This document shows positions 63,401 through 64,000 of a stretch of DNA of 64,000 bases, piece by piece. A program made the position numbers and the translations under genes. The stretch comes from the human T2T-CHM13v2.0 reference genome, Homo sapiens. Location: the NCBI RefSeq assembly GCF_009914755.1, contig NC_060940.1; one strand, 5' to 3'. Each line of letters opens with the position of its first letter. The first letter of the stretch is position 1. Under the pieces are notes generated by a model. The model made no database searches and was not told where the DNA came from. It worked only from the letters and a program-made list of their open reading frames with translations.

Positions 63401-64000
63401 AATCTCAGTAACTTCCTTGTGTTGTGTGTATTCAACTGACAGAGTTGAACCTTCCTTTAGACAGAGCAGATTCGAAACACTCTTTTTCTGCAATTTGCAA
63501 GTGGAAACTTCAAGCGCTTTGAGGCCAAAGGCAGAAAAGGAAATATCTTCGTATAAAAACCCGACAGAATCACTCTCAGAAACTGCTCTGTGATGTGTGC
63601 GTTCAACTCACAGAGTTTAACTTTTCTTTTCATTCAGCAGTTTGGAAACACTCTGTTTGTAAAGTCTGCAAGTGGATATCTTGGCCTCTTAGAGGCCTTC
63701 GTTGGAAACGGGTTTTTTCATGTAAGGTTAGACAGAGGAATTCCCAGTAACTTCCTTGTGTTGTGTGCATTCAACTCACAGAGTTGAATGATTCTTTACA
63801 CAGAGCAGATTTGAGACACTCTTTTGGTGGAATTTGTAAGTGGAGAATTCAGCCGCTTTGAGGTCAACGGTAGAAAAGGAAATATCTTCGTATAAAAACT
63901 AGACAGAATGATTCTCAGAAACTGTTTTGTGATGTGTGCGTTCAACTCACAGAGTTTAACCTTTCTTTTCAGAGAGCAGTTAGGAAACACTCTGTTTGTA
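45451..64000 (+). repeat. Domain 3: 10-mer HORs with a single 8-mer variant
   Basis: Marker spacings are 1699 x3, 1359, 1695, then 1699 x6. Confidence 0.93.
50548..51906 (+). repeat. 8-mer HOR structural variant (1359 bp), single copy
   Basis: Marker spacing is 1359 = 1699 - 340. A hybrid monomer begins tctttctcagaaactgctctgggatg but continues gtttgtaaagtctgcaagtggatatcttggcc. Confidence 0.92.

Larger units (their letters stand above)
1..64000 (+). repeat. Alpha-satellite (alphoid) centromeric HOR array, SF1-type dimeric, ~1.7 kb 10-mer; probably human chr16 D16Z2 / S1C16H1L
   Basis: Typical alphoid motifs (cattctcagaaact, ttcaactcacagagtt, gcaagtggatatt, tttgaaacactct) recur every ~170 bp. 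CENP-B boxes recur every ~340 bp, and near-identical units recur every 1694-1700 bp. Alpha-satellite identity is essentially certain. The chromosome call rests on recalled HOR length and family only (about 0.75). Confidence 0.98.

Noticed and set aside
307-63990. About 190 short ORFs (60-122 aa) on both strands
   Set aside because: They are chance open frames in satellite DNA that repeat with the HOR period, appear or vanish with single indels, and resemble no protein family. I used them only as positional markers.
1-64000. CRISPR-like or other repeat-spacer array
   Set aside because: There are no unique spacers and no cas genes; the sequence between conserved motifs is itself tandemly repeated alphoid DNA.
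1-64000. L1/Alu/HERV insertion, inversion or non-alphoid island
   Set aside because: Every marker interval is explained by 10, 8 or 6 monomers give or take a few bp. There are no poly-A tails or foreign sequence, and all CENP-B boxes lie on the + strand.
1-64000. Claim that this window is the kinetochore site / centromere dip region
   Set aside because: That needs methylation or CENP-A data and cannot be inferred from sequence.
1-64000. Synthetic alphoid (HAC) construct such as alphoid-tetO
   Set aside because: No tetO/lacO or vector sequence is seen, and the nested natural-looking variation argues for a genomic array.

Overview
The whole 64 kb window is one uninterrupted, single-orientation primate (very probably human) centromeric alpha-satellite array. 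It is built from ~171 bp monomers arranged as ~340 bp A/B dimers, with a CENP-B box in every second monomer, and these form a highly homogeneous ~1,699 bp 10-monomer higher-order repeat (HOR). The dimeric structure and 1.7 kb 10-mer best match the suprachromosomal-family-1 array D16Z2 (S1C16H1L, chromosome 16); that assignment is from recall, not a search. I see no genes, RNA genes, transposon insertions, inversions or CRISPR arrays, and all listed ORFs are satellite artefacts. Spacing of a once-per-HOR marker (the minus-strand 'MFPNCSLKRK' ORF start) gives 41 complete intervals: 31 ten-mers, 9 six-mers (1013-1014 bp) and 1 eight-mer (1359 bp). There are three domains: pure 10-mer (1-~14.2 kb); mixed 6-mer/10-mer with 2.7 kb and 4.4 kb super-periods (~14.2-45.5 kb); and 10-mer with one 8-mer and mosaic block duplications (~45.5-64 kb). 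I found no new protein-coding system. The interesting content is the array's recombination history: a single-origin 6-mer whose junction spans a CENP-B box and which carries a core-mutated box, out-of-register conversion tracts, and long-range haplotype sharing.
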